A stretch of DNA of 64,000 nt from positions 106,082,001-106,146,000 of the forward strand of contig NC_043002.1 of NCBI RefSeq assembly GCF_006345805.1, in the 5' to 3' direction. Positions 1 to 12,213 of the stretch are shown here, one piece after another. The notes beneath the pieces were generated by a model, which was not told the origin of the DNA, searched no databases, and worked only from the letters and a program-made list of their open reading frames with translations. The stretch comes from Octopus sinensis (lineage: Eukaryota). How positions within the stretch are numbered: position 1 is the stretch's first letter; each line of letters opens with the position of its first letter. The translations under genes and the position numbers were made by a program.

Positions 1-2343
1 ATACCACAGTATCTGAGTTCAAATTACATTGCAGTCAATTTGCTGTTTCATCCATCAAGGTTTAATGAAACGAAGTACCTGTTAATTATTTGTTTAAATG
101 CTTTCTGAAAAAACCAAAAACTTTATGACCATGTTAGAAATTATTAATGCATAAAATTCAATAACTGAAACTGTTGAATATATTCTGCTTAAAGCTATGC
201 GTGTTCAAATCCCAGCAGACCCTATCATTTCATATGGATGCCCTCTTTCACTTTTATAACAAATCCACTTCTACAATAACTTAACCCATTCTCTCTTCTT
301 TTGGCTTATTTTTGTTGCTAATGTTTTTGTTGTTGTAGTTTTAAGCTATTTTTTGTATTTGGTTTTTATTTTTGATTTGTCATTTTAATTCATTTGTGTT
401 TTTTTATACTTTCTCAAACCGGAAAGATAAACTTGGAAAAAAATAATCATCCTGTATATATTATTTTACATATAGATTGTATAAATAGATTATATCATAT
501 TGTGTGTTATATACACATGTTTTACATATATAATGTAGCATACAGTATGATGACTATATATTATGTAATATATATATAGTATGTATATATATATATATTA
601 TATATCATCATATAATGTATGTGTATGTTTTATATGTACATATATTATACAATGCTATATATCATACATATGTATATATTGTGTGTGTATATTTATATAT
701 GTGTGTGTGTGTATATGTGTGTGTGTGTAAATATAGAATCTCTGATTTTAATTTTTTGAAATTTCTTTTGCTGTTTGATATTTGCTTTTTATTTTATATT
801 GTAATATATCTATACCATTATATATACATAACCTTTTTATTCCATATTCATATCTATATCTATTAAGGAGTGTATATAGTATTTAGATGTTAGAAATCAA
901 CAAAGGAAAGATAAGAAATACAAACAAATTGAATTGATTAATCATAAACTGGTGAGTGCATAAAATAAGACACTGTTTACTAGTACTACTACTGTTATTA
1001 TTATTATTATTATTACCTGTACTAGTAGTAGTTGTAGCACTAGTGATAATTGTACTAGCTTAATATTTGAATGTTCTTAATAAACTAGTTCAAGACTCTT
1101 ATCGCGGCTTTATGTATTATCCTAGTTTGTGACAGTTTTGTACTATAGTTGTTTTGGATGTCTGAAAGAGATTTACCTGCTAATTATAGTAGAACAAGCA
1201 GTCCAGTCACAAGGTCCTTCAAGGGCTTCTTTTGAGTACTTTCTTTAAAGCGTTGTGGGTTTTCTAGTTACACTTGTTTCTATTGGAAACACTGCTGGTC
1301 AGAGATTTCATGGTATCAAGCAGATGAGCTATAATATATTAGACATTTTAGTTACTAGTTATATTATACTCACATATTATACTCCATTATGTGATAGTAA
1401 ACTACACTACTAACCTTAGTACTGAGCAGAAAGTTCCACAACTTTTGCATAAGAGTAGTTACCAAAATCCAGATGTGGGAATTCGAACCAATGACTGTGT
1501 GACTATGTGGCCATCTATACAGAATGAATCGTCTGGTAATTTATGCTGTAGGAAAAATATCTCATTCTCCATTGAGAATTAGCTACTCTTGGTATAGGCA
1601 GAAGCAAAGTTGTGTGATTAAGCAGTTTGCTATTCAGCTAAGTCGTTTCAGGTTCAATCTCACCATGCAACACCTTGTTCAAATGTCTCCTTCCAACCAA
1701 GTTTTATGAGTGAAATTTGGTGTACCAAAACCATGTAGAAAGTGCTGAAGGGACCATTTTCACTGGATACTGAGTTTAGCACCACTACCTGGTCCATGGG
1801 TGTCTACTCTCTTGTAAACATTGTGGCCAGGTGTCTGACATGAGAGTAACCTCTTGCCACAAGTCTAGAAAACTCAGAAGTGGGGTCAAAGACACATTTT
1901 CTTGTAATATAAAAAGAAATAAATGTCTAGATCTGTTTCTTACTCATTGGTCCCCTTTTCCCATAGATTCTGCCAGACACCTAGTTTCATGGAAACAGGT
2001 TTTGAGAGGTTTTGTACATAAAAAAATAGGAGTGGCACCAATCTTGCACTTACTCATTGCTGATTCTGAGAGAGGGAGGAAATTGGGCCCTGTATTTCAC
2101 AGGTACTTTATCAGTCCCTGAAAGATGTAAGTCAAAGTTGACATATGTATGGTTTTAACCCAGAGCATAGAGTACCAGCACAAAAGCTACGAAGCATTTT
2201 CTTCGATGCTCTAATGACTCTGTCAAGCTTAAAATTGCAATGCCATCCTCATTGACTCTTGTTCAGCTTCACCATTGTCAAACTGTTTATCTCTTCTAAT
2301 AAAATGTAATCAATCAGTGAGACAAGAAGCACTTGACACTCCA

Positions 2344-2562
2344 TTAACCCTTTAGCATTCAGATTACTCTGTCCAATGTAATGCTTATTTGCATTGTTTC
2401 GAATCACCCATGCATTGTTTCATAACTTTTAGATTTCAATGCTATGATTATTTATTTTTAGAACGACTTTATAGGGTAGGTGTGAGAGGCTGTATATGGC
2501 CAGTCATAAAATCGGCTGAATATTTGGGCTGGATATGACTGGTTTAAATGTTAATGGGTTAG
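2344..2562. mobile_element. TTAA-type (piggyBac-like) MITE, family 1
   Basis: Starts TTAA-ccctttagcatt and ends aatgttaatggg-TTAG (degenerate inverted repeat). Opposite-orientation relatives at ~11290-11497 and ~58670-58790. Confidence 0.65.
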
Positions 2563-4249
2563 AGCATGTAAGTACATAACTGGACCTTGTCATAAGAGGC
2601 TTGAGATTACAACTTGGGCTGAGCTTATTGAGCTTCTTAAATAGAATTGCAGTAATTGCCTGATTGTTATCACTTGAAAACAACAGGTGTATTTTGTGTT
2701 CCTAGCTTGAATGAATGGCCTTGAAGAAACAAAGGATGTATTGTTATGTAACTCAAGCTTGGAAACAAGGGACATACTGTTGTAAGACTGTAGCTTGGAA
2801 ATGAAATGCATTGTTGCAACATAGCTTTGAATGGGCTTCAATTCATATATTTTTCTTACTAATGCAGTATTTCAATGCACCCATTGACACCATTGCACTT
2901 CTAAAGACCATTTTATGTGGTATAAGGTCAAAATCCATGGCACTTCTATATGCTTCAAATATAAGAATATATGATAAATGCAGTTGTGTTATGTGAATGT
3001 GAGACTGGACATGTGCAAAACAAGATTAACTGTATTTGAAGTAAGATGCTTTTGCAGAATGTTTGGCATAACATGGAAGGATTACCAAACCAATAAGTTA
3101 GAATTCAAGACTCAATAAGACAACAAATACAGTGGGCTGACCGTGTCAGTAAAGTGACTGGGTTACATACAAATACAACCATGATCACTTCTTTGGAAGG
3201 CAAAAGCAGGTAACCAAAGAGAGGCTGGCTGAATAATGACATAGATCGGCATGAAAATATCTGCATGTATAAAGTCCAAGACAGACGTGGAAAACAAAAA
3301 GAAAGAATCCAGGTACCTCAGTGGCAGAAGTACTATGATGTCACCTGCATAAGTATGGAACAAGGGGCGGGGATGGCTAAGTGCATAGGGTATTGGACTA
3401 TTTTCATAATGAAGTCATGTATTCAAATTTGCATTTCTGACAGAGCAATGTATTTGACATTTCCTTGCTCTGCTTAACATTCAGCAACAAGAAATGCCAA
3501 TTTAGTTTAGGAAAGTGACATTATCTGCAGAGATCAAACATCTTAGCCAGGTGTATATTTATATCTCATCTGCTTCACATCATGAAATTATTCGCAGGGG
3601 TCTTTAACTTGCTGGAACTTAGAGGGGACCTTCATTTCTTCATTTATTGCTCCCTTCTGAAAGTCAATCATTGCCTATTAGCTAATAATACTATGAAATT
3701 CAGAGCAAAGCTGGCCTTCTTATACATATACACATGCAGACAAACAGGTAGCTAATTTTAGTGATAGATCATTAGGTAAATAGAACAGCAGTTAGATATA
3801 AATAGATGCTGACAGGCTATTAGATAGACAAGCTGATATATATATATATATATATACACACATTAATAAATAGGGAATAATGATAAAAATGATAATGATA
3901 ACTATTGATCTTAGAAATTGCGAGTTCCGAAATATTGACCTCTCCAAGGACATTTCTTTTCAGATAAAACCCCTTCCAAGCTGTCTGGGAGCTGAAAGGG
4001 TCACTTGACCATTATATGTGACCAGAGTCTATTTCTACTGCTACTACTACTACTACTACTACTGCTGCCAAACTACTGTTACTATTTGGCAATACATTCG
4101 CCAAATTTCCTCCTCCTCTCCGTAATTCTCTCTATCACCCCATGACCACCACACTTTGGTAACAGTATCTCAGAGTAAACCCAAGATGCAGAGGTCCAGG
4201 TATGAACACACAGACACATACACACACTCACACATCTGTACACGGGCAT

Positions 4250-4298
<49 letters not shown>

Positions 4299-4785
4299 CA
4301 CAGACTTGTACATATACAAATCTTTCTATAACCCTACAAAAACACACTTAGGTTGCTAACTCAATCCTCTATGAGTGTATATATGTATATATATATATAC
4401 ATTATGTATGTATGTGTGTGTATGTGAGCCTGTGTATATACATGTATATGTATATATCTATATGTAATACACATCGACTGTAAATATATATATATACATA
4501 TATACTTCGCATATATGCATAAGTGTATATACACATATATGTATATATTCTTAGTTCCTAGTTGAACTGACCTTCTAGTGGCAGTTTCTGTCTGATTGGC
4601 TGGTCCTCCCTGTCAAATTAGCAGTAGTAGTAGTTGTAGTTGTTGTAAGCTCTTTCTCTTTCTCTCAGATATCTAGATAGATAGAGAAATAGATAGACAT
4701 ATAGTGTTAAAGTAGTAATCAGTTAGCCTTAAAAAATTTTGAAGCTTCTGCTATAAAACAACCCCCATGCCCAAATCTCTCATAC

Positions 4786-4842
<57 letters not shown>

Positions 4843-5914
4843 TATAATTCTAATATATACAATATATATATGTATATATAATATATATATATTTATTTAT
4901 ACATGTATGTGTCTGTATAAATATGTATCTATATATGTATGCATAATATATATTTGTGTGTGAATACATGTATGCATATAATATATATGTATATATGTAT
5001 GCATATATAATTGCATGCTTTATTTTCTCTTTCATTTATCTATCCATCTTTCTATCTATTCCCTTCTCTTTCAAGCTACTAACATAAACCCAGTTTATAA
5101 CTGCTTACAAATGTACTCTGAGCTTATGTTTACTAATATTACTGAAAATAGTTTGGTTTGTTTGAAGTAGTCATTGCTAGTGACAATAACGATGATTATG
5201 ATATATTGTTGATGTTCATTGTTTTTGTTGTTGTTTTGAGTTGCTGAATTTTTCAATTGTTTTTTTAAAATTTTATTTTAAACTCTTCCTATTACATAAG
5301 AACAGTGATTGCATTAAACAAATTATATATACATTACTCAATCTGTGTGTGTAAGCCTTGTGCCTGGCTGGTGTGGAGGTATGACAATGTTATGTAAAGG
5401 CACTCATTGAAGCAGAAATACATGTTCACAGAACAAAAATGCCTTATTTTAATTGCTTGTTAATTCAGCAGATTGACTGCTGATTCCTTGAGAGTTATCT
5501 TCCCTTCTCTTGCTGGTTGCAAATGCTGCTCAATATTGGTTTGCCTTCATAAGTAGCAAAGATTAGTTTTTTTATGAGTCAAAAATTTATCCTGTATGGT
5601 ATTTAGTATACTTTTCTTCATCTTCGTTGTCCAAACACATGCCACTGGCTGCTCTGAGTTATATGAACTGGACACTCATGTCCAACCCATGCTAGCATGG
5701 GACATGGACGTTAAATGATGTGTTTATTAACTTACTTGAAAATAGGTGAGTTTGTGTGAGAGGATGGGAATCAAGCCACAGAAAATTTGGTTCAATGAAT
5801 ATCAATTGACCTATACTAGCATAGAACTAAAGTGGACATTAAAATGAGGTTAATCTAGTTCTGTTGATTGTAGTTGATACATCTTGGAAATATGTAGAAT
5901 GCATATATGCGTAC

Positions 5915-6453
5915 AGACATGTTGGGGCAAGCGAAATCGAAATCGAATTGAACCAGCCAGGATCCCTGGTCTGGTGGTACGTAAAAAGCACTATCCGACT
6001 CGTGGCCGTGGCACGTAAAATACTCCAATGCGACCGTACGACAGGCACCCTTGCCAACCCCCTTTGCTTGTGAAGACATGTTGGGGCAAGCGAAATCGAA
6101 ATCGAATTGAACCAGCCAGGATCCCTGGTCTGGTGGTACGTAAAAAGCACTATCCGACTCGTGGCCGATGCCAGCACCGCCTCGACTGGCTTCCGTGCCG
6201 GTGGCACATAAAATACACCAATCTGACCGTGGCCGTTGCCAGCCCCGCCTGGCACCTGTGCAGGTGGCACGTAAAAAGCACCCACTACACTCACGGAGTG
6301 GTTGGCGTTAGGAAGGGCATCCAGCTGTAGAAACATTGCCAAATTAGACTGGAGCCTGGTGCAGCCTTCTGGCTTCCCAGAACCCCGGTCGAACCGTCCA
6401 ACCCATGCTAGCATGGAGAACGGACGTTAAACGACGATGATGATGATGATGAT
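5915..6453 (+). mobile_element. SINE-like retroposon family C (GC-rich modular body, (GAT)n tail)
   Basis: Shared core gcacccactacactcacggagtggttggcgttaggaagggcatcc...ccaacccatgctagcatgg...ggacgttaaa(gat)n. Further copies at ~7360-7590, 9400-9580, 25010-25250, 25715-25950, 27520-27725, 29330-29700 and 61940-62033 (+), and 10800-10930 and 14897-15185 (-). Confidence 0.85.
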
Positions 6454-9400
6454 GTTTATTAAGTTTGAAATAAGCAAGGCCTGCATATTTTCTCAAACAT
6501 TACTTTCTTCAATTGACCAGGTACATAATATAGAACAATTGACGTGAAAGAAACCCATACTCACTCAAAAGCTCAGTGAATGTAATATAATGGTCATTTC
6601 TTAAATTACTAATGTCTACAATTCACCAGAAGTCTGAATAATACTATGATTTTGGATATGTAAGCCTTATTGTCTTAGGAATTAGCATGCGCGTGCACGC
6701 ACACACATTTATATGTGTTTAATTAGTGTGTCAAATATTTGATATATAAACTCTGTGTTAATGATTTATCAACGTTTGCAGGACTAAGGCATAAACTCAT
6801 GTCATGGACCCTCTTTACACAACATAAGTGTCACTACCTGAGTGGACAACTGATCATAGAAACAACTGTTGCAAACCTTACTAAAGCAACTTGCAACTGT
6901 GTTGAACCAGCTTAGGTCAAAAGCATTTTGTGTTGGGGTGGTGGTGGTCAGCTGTGCAGAACAGACTTATTATTTAACCCCAGAGGAACCATGATTTAGC
7001 AGATCAATGAACAAATATACTGATATTTAGTTCTAGATGAGCCAGATTTGGCAGATCTGTGGTCAAATGTGTTGTTGTTTAACTCTAGAAGAGCCGTGAT
7101 TTATTGAGCAGATCAGTGATCAAAAGTGCTATTTAGCCCCAGGCATAATCAAATTGAGCAGATCTGTGATGGAAGACTTTCAATCTGATAACCTAGTTGG
7201 TAAAACAACTTCATGAGTTTGCCTGACTGGTTAGATAAATCTAGTTTGACTATTCCCCATTTCACTCCCCATGTGGTCAGTGATAAGGGATATATACTGA
7301 TCTTAATTGCTCTAACACAAACAACAATGTAAATATGGAAAACTTTAGTAAAAGGATAGATTAAAAGCACCTGTGCTTGTGCCATATAAAAAGCACTTGT
7401 GCCGGTGCGGCCTAAAAAACACCCAGTGCACTGTAAAGTGGTTGGTGTCAGGAAGGGCATCCAAGTGAAGAAACCATTCCAAAACATAATTGGAATCTGG
7501 TCCAACCCCTCCAGCTTGGCAGCTCTTGTCAAATCGTCCAACCCATGCCAGCATGGAAAAAGGACGTTAAATGATGATAATAATGTTGATATGATAGATT
7601 ATTAATACACTGGCCAAATACTTGGTTTCTATATTTTTCCATGCCACTCTTAAGTTAAGCTTATATGGTTATACGATTATTTAATAAAATAGGTTTTTTT
7701 TTCTTTTTGGAAAAGAAGACATTCAAAATGAGAGGTATGAGCAGTTTCTGTGTTGAATATTGCATATGTAGTATATTTGTATCTAGACATCTATGTACAC
7801 ACACATGTATATGGGGTTATGTGCATGTGTGCAGTTGAGAATGTGTCTGCATATGTAACAGCAGCATTTGTTCATTGCTATGTTGTTGTTGTTTAGCCTC
7901 AGTTTTAACCCTTATCTTATTCACCTAATATCAAAGATATTCCATCCATGACCATCCAATTTTTTTCTTTGTCTCTCAAAGTGTGTAATCCATGTAATAG
8001 TGTAGAGGTGTGTATAGTTGTGTTGTGATTTGTTGGCTGTGGTGATGATGATGACAATCTGGTTGGATTGTAGTTATGAAACCAGTATTAATGCAACTTC
8101 AGTGGAGCTGGGGCTTCAGTTGTAGTTGTAGTTACTGTGGTAGTAAATGGGGTAGTTGCAGCAGCAGTGGTGGTAATGGTAGAGAAGTATTGATGTAGTG
8201 GTAATGATTGTGCTGTAGCAGTGTGGAGGGGAAGAGGTGCTCTGGTACTAGTAGCCCAAGGTGTAGGATTATTTTTATGATATTAATTATACAACAATAT
8301 ATGTGGTATGATTATTATTAGTATCAGTGGTAGTAGTAATCATAGTAATCTTGGGATTAGGGATAACCGATAGTAGTAGTAGTAATAATAGTAGTAATAG
8401 CCTTATTAAATATTTAAGGATTAACTGTTATCTTCTTATATGTACACTGGTTTTTTTTTTTTACCTCTGTAAATTTTAAATTATTGGTTTTATTCACCAC
8501 CACCACTGCTGCTTATAATAATAATAATAATAATAATAATAATCCCATCATTTTAGTACTGAAAGCTTAACTGGCTGCTTTTGACTAAATTTTTTACCTA
8601 GGTTTTAGGTTCATATCTTGCTAGGTTTGACTTTGTTTTTACTCCCCTCAAGGGTCTACAAAACTAACACCAGTCATTTTCTATGATTTATTCTAACAAA
8701 TGCAATCTCGTGCCCTATCTTCCTCTAATTAAAACAAGCAATAGCATTATACCACAGAGATCATTGTATTGGTGGCGGTGGTTGTCTACATACCTGATTA
8801 TCACGGGTGAAATTACAGATTAGAGTGATATTCTCTCCCACCTTCCCGCTACCTCTGGTATTTCTACTTCTAATCATCTTATCTTAAAATGAGGCTAGTG
8901 GAGGAGGGAAATGAGGAGGAAAGTAGATTGATGTAGTGGTTTAACCTTGACACATATTTCTGTGTGCAAGCATCGCTCTTATAGTTTCAGGTTCAGTCCC
9001 ACCGTATGGCACTTTGGCCAAGTATATCTCTGGATATACTGTCAGTGTGTACAGTAGGCAGAAACAGAAATAAACCCCTATAGTATGTGTGCATGTTAAT
9101 GTTGAGTTATAATAAAAACAGTTTAACAAGTTTTGTAGAGCACATATACTTTTACCAGAAAAGTATATGTGCCATCTAACTTTTTACTAAGTGGAAACTG
9201 TGTAGAAACCTGTTTGTGTGTGTGTGTTTAGAAACATTTTATTCAAACAGAAATATTAGTGTCTAACTCAGCCATCTTACCATACATCAATTTCAACATT
9301 ACACTTTCGACCATAAATAGACACTCTCCTCAGCTGTAGCTTTGTTGAGCTAAAGGGGATCTGAGTCTTGTGAACTGCGTAGAGACTTCACTTTTGTTGG

Positions 9401-10286
9401 TGCAAGGATAAAAGCATTCGGTGGACTCGTTATGTGGTTTGAATCAGGAAAGACATCCGACTGTTGAAATCATCTGAAGCAGACAGTAGAGCATGGTGCA
9501 CTACTCTGATCCATCAGTTCTTGCCAAACTGTCCAGCCCACGTCCACATACAAGAAGGATGTTAAAAAGAGGATGATGACAGGATTTTACATGAGCAATA
9601 AAATAGATACAAGTTAAATATTATCTAGTCTTGATATACTTCTCTAAAATTCTTGAATGTGATTTCCCAGTTTGGGCACCATCCAGTGAATGAAACTGCT
9701 AAAAGATGTGCAATGAATTGGTAGAATCAATGGCCAAAACACAATCCCTTTATAATCTGGGTTCAAATTCTGCAAGTGTTTTAATTTTCTCTTTCACATT
9801 GGTTTAGCTGCCAAATCTCCCTCATATCCTTCCCCTCTAGTTTTAAATAAGGAAGTTGCATGGTTGATAATATAGTCCTGAATAGCTCTAAGATGGGATG
9901 GTCATGGCTGAAATGATTTTGGTCATCATAGGTCTGCTCATTCGATACTGACCTGAGGCTAAACAGCAGCGTGTGTGTGTGTGTGTGTGTGTATACAGTT
10001 GTCCATATTTCCAAATGAAGCTACACTTAACATCCTCTTATCATTTATTATAGAACCTACTCCTAATTAGAACATTGTTTAATTGCTTTTCATTGTTTAC
10101 TCTTTTAACACTGTTTACTGTTAATATTATGTTATTTGAGTTGTGTATGTATTTAAGTATTGAGTAGAGGTTGGTAGGGGGTTTAATTGTTTAATTATTA
10201 TGTTGTTATAATTTAATACATTTTTCTTTTCTTTTTCTTTCCTCTCTTTCTTCTCTCTTCTCCTCCCTCTCTTTCTCTGTATCCAG

Positions 10287-10369
10287 GTTTTGGGTTTGTA
10301 ACCTTCGAAAGTGAAGATGTTGTAGATAAGGTGTGTGAAATACACTTTCACGAAATAAATAAAAAAATG
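10287..10369 (+). CDS. msi: Musashi-family RNA-binding protein, internal exon (RRM2, RNP1 onward)
   Basis: Long polypyrimidine tract plus CAG acceptor (AG 10285-10286) and GTAAGT donor at 10370. Phase 1 to phase 0 translation (G)[27 protein letters not shown] is nearly identical to the RRM2 segment of vertebrate MSI1/MSI2 as I recall it. Confidence 0.97.
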
Positions 10370-11289
10370 GTAAGTAACAGCCTTGTTGATATTATTATTG
10401 TTGAAATCAATGTATGTACCCTTGTCTTTGCCTTAAGTGATAGTTAGAGATGGGCATCGAAAAAGCAGTGTTTCCAGCCTCCTGGTTATGGGGAAATATT
10501 ACTTTACGTGGAAACAGGTGGGAGCCGGCAACAAGGAAGGCTAGTGACCATAGAAAATTTACCTCAATGATTCAATCTGGAAAAGTGGACATTAAGATAA
10601 GCAGGATGATCAATATACATGTATATTTGGAGGAATGATTACAAATTGGTTGCGATGACTAAGAAAAATCCAGGACTGTAAGAAATGGGTGACTTGGAGT
10701 AGAGTAGAGATGTAAAACCATTGACTTCTATGTTAGAAGAAAGTCATCTAGGGTATTTATTAATTTAGATTTTTACAGAACTTATAAATTATCCTCACCA
10801 TTGTTTAATATTTATCTTTCATGCTGGCATGAGCTGGCAAGCTGGAGAGTTACACCAGACCCTACTTTGGCATGATTTCTAATGCCAACCACTTTACAGG
10901 GTGTACTGGCTGCTTTTTATGTGGCACCAAGGTGTGATTAGTATTTGAGGAGAAAGGTAAGTTATAGTATTATTTCTGAAGAAAACCATTGAGATTTCTC
11001 CAAGTTATAGTGTTTAAATTCTGAATGCAGGTGATATTTAAAATGTCATATTTACTGACAGAAATAAATTAAAATATTGTTAACTATACAATATGAAAAA
11101 TATTAATCTCAAGATAATTAATAAACTGGTATGATACCTTAATTTGCTGGAAATAATTTGAAATCCGATATAATTAGAGATTATAATGGAAGTTCATGGT
11201 ACTGTGATCTAATCCATAAGAATACATGTCAGAGGATACATAATTAATTATAAAGGAGGAGAAAAATTTTAAATTGACTTTTATGCTTT

Positions 11290-11497
11290 AATAGTTATGG
11301 CAAATCCAATTTAAATATTCTGTTTCATGTTCAAACTGGTTGGATCCAGCTTCTCACACCTACCCTTCAAATGTCATTCTAAAAAACAAATTACACCATC
11401 ATATCTTGAAGCTACAAGATAATGCATGATTAAATCAAAACAACGTGAATAAAAAAGTATTACATTTGACAGAATAGTCTGAATGCTGAAGGGCTAA
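11290..11497. mobile_element. Degenerate reverse-orientation copy of TTAA MITE family 1
   Basis: ctcacacctaccct and gtctgaatgctgaagggctaa are reverse complements of blocks in 2344-2562. Confidence 0.55.
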
Positions 11498-11570
11498 AAA
11501 TGATATATTGTGTATTTCTGTGTGAAAACACGAGGGTCCCAGTTTCTCTGTAACATGACTAGTAATTTGC

Positions 11571-11833
11571 TGTCTGGAAAGAGTCATTCTCTTTTTGTGC
11601 TTTATAATTAAACACACTCACCGGTAAAATTTCCTCTTATTTCTTTTATTTCCTAAAATTTTCGTTGCATCTTGCAACATTTTCAATAGTTTTCAACAGT
11701 CAAAACTATTGAAAAGGTTGCAAGACGCAATGAAAATTTTAGAAAAATAAAAAAGAAATAAGTGGAAATTTTACCGGTGTGTGTGTGTGTGTTAAATTAC
11801 AAGGCACCAAAAGTGACTGACTCTCCCCAGACA
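11571..11833. repeat. Long fold-back inverted repeat (~125-130 bp arms, 8-nt loop at 11694-11701)
   Basis: Left arm tgtctggaaagagtca...caccggtaaaatttcc...caatagtttt is the imperfect reverse complement of right arm aaaactattg...ggaaattttaccggtg...tgactctccccagaca. Confidence 0.92.
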
Positions 11834-12213
11834 CAACAGAATATGCTTCAACACACAAACTCACATAAAGAATCTTGCAAACCAAATCCAAAAACGAAAT
11901 AAGACTAGTAATGTTTCCTTCAAATTTGACTGGTTAGAGCCTTCAACTTAAACAAATGTACAGCTGAATGGTTCACAGCAGACGTAGCATTCAATCCAAC
12001 ACTTGATGTCAGAACTTTCTTCTCTCTTTTTTAAACACACACACACACACGTTTGCATTTACTATTCACTCACTAATGAATGAATGCACTCACTCAGAGT
12101 TAAATTGGGTGTATGAAACAATTTAATGGATTTACTATCACACATATTACATATATTTTCCATCTTCTTTATTGTCCTTTATAGACATTCATAATGAAAA
12201 TGTTTAGAATATA

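Noticed and set aside
2590-3620. Non-repetitive stretch that may be an old transposon ORF
   Set aside because: I could not identify any diagnostic motif in either strand; left unannotated pending a TBLASTX/Dfam search.
5915-6290. Repeat-spacer-like pattern (ggcacgtaaaaagcac units) as a CRISPR array
   Set aside because: Eukaryotic context, variable repeats, spacers related to each other, no cas genes, and it is part of a dispersed retroposon.
5839-6414. 191-aa minus-strand ORF and the similar MLAWVG.../MDDLT... ORFs
   Set aside because: These are antisense frames of the multicopy family C SINE; the internal peptide repeat reflects the 94-bp duplication.
1-10286. Upstream Musashi exons (RRM1 and the DAMLMFD...HR segment of RRM2)
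   Set aside because: Searched by eye and not found; presumably upstream of the window, although a very short exon could have been missed.
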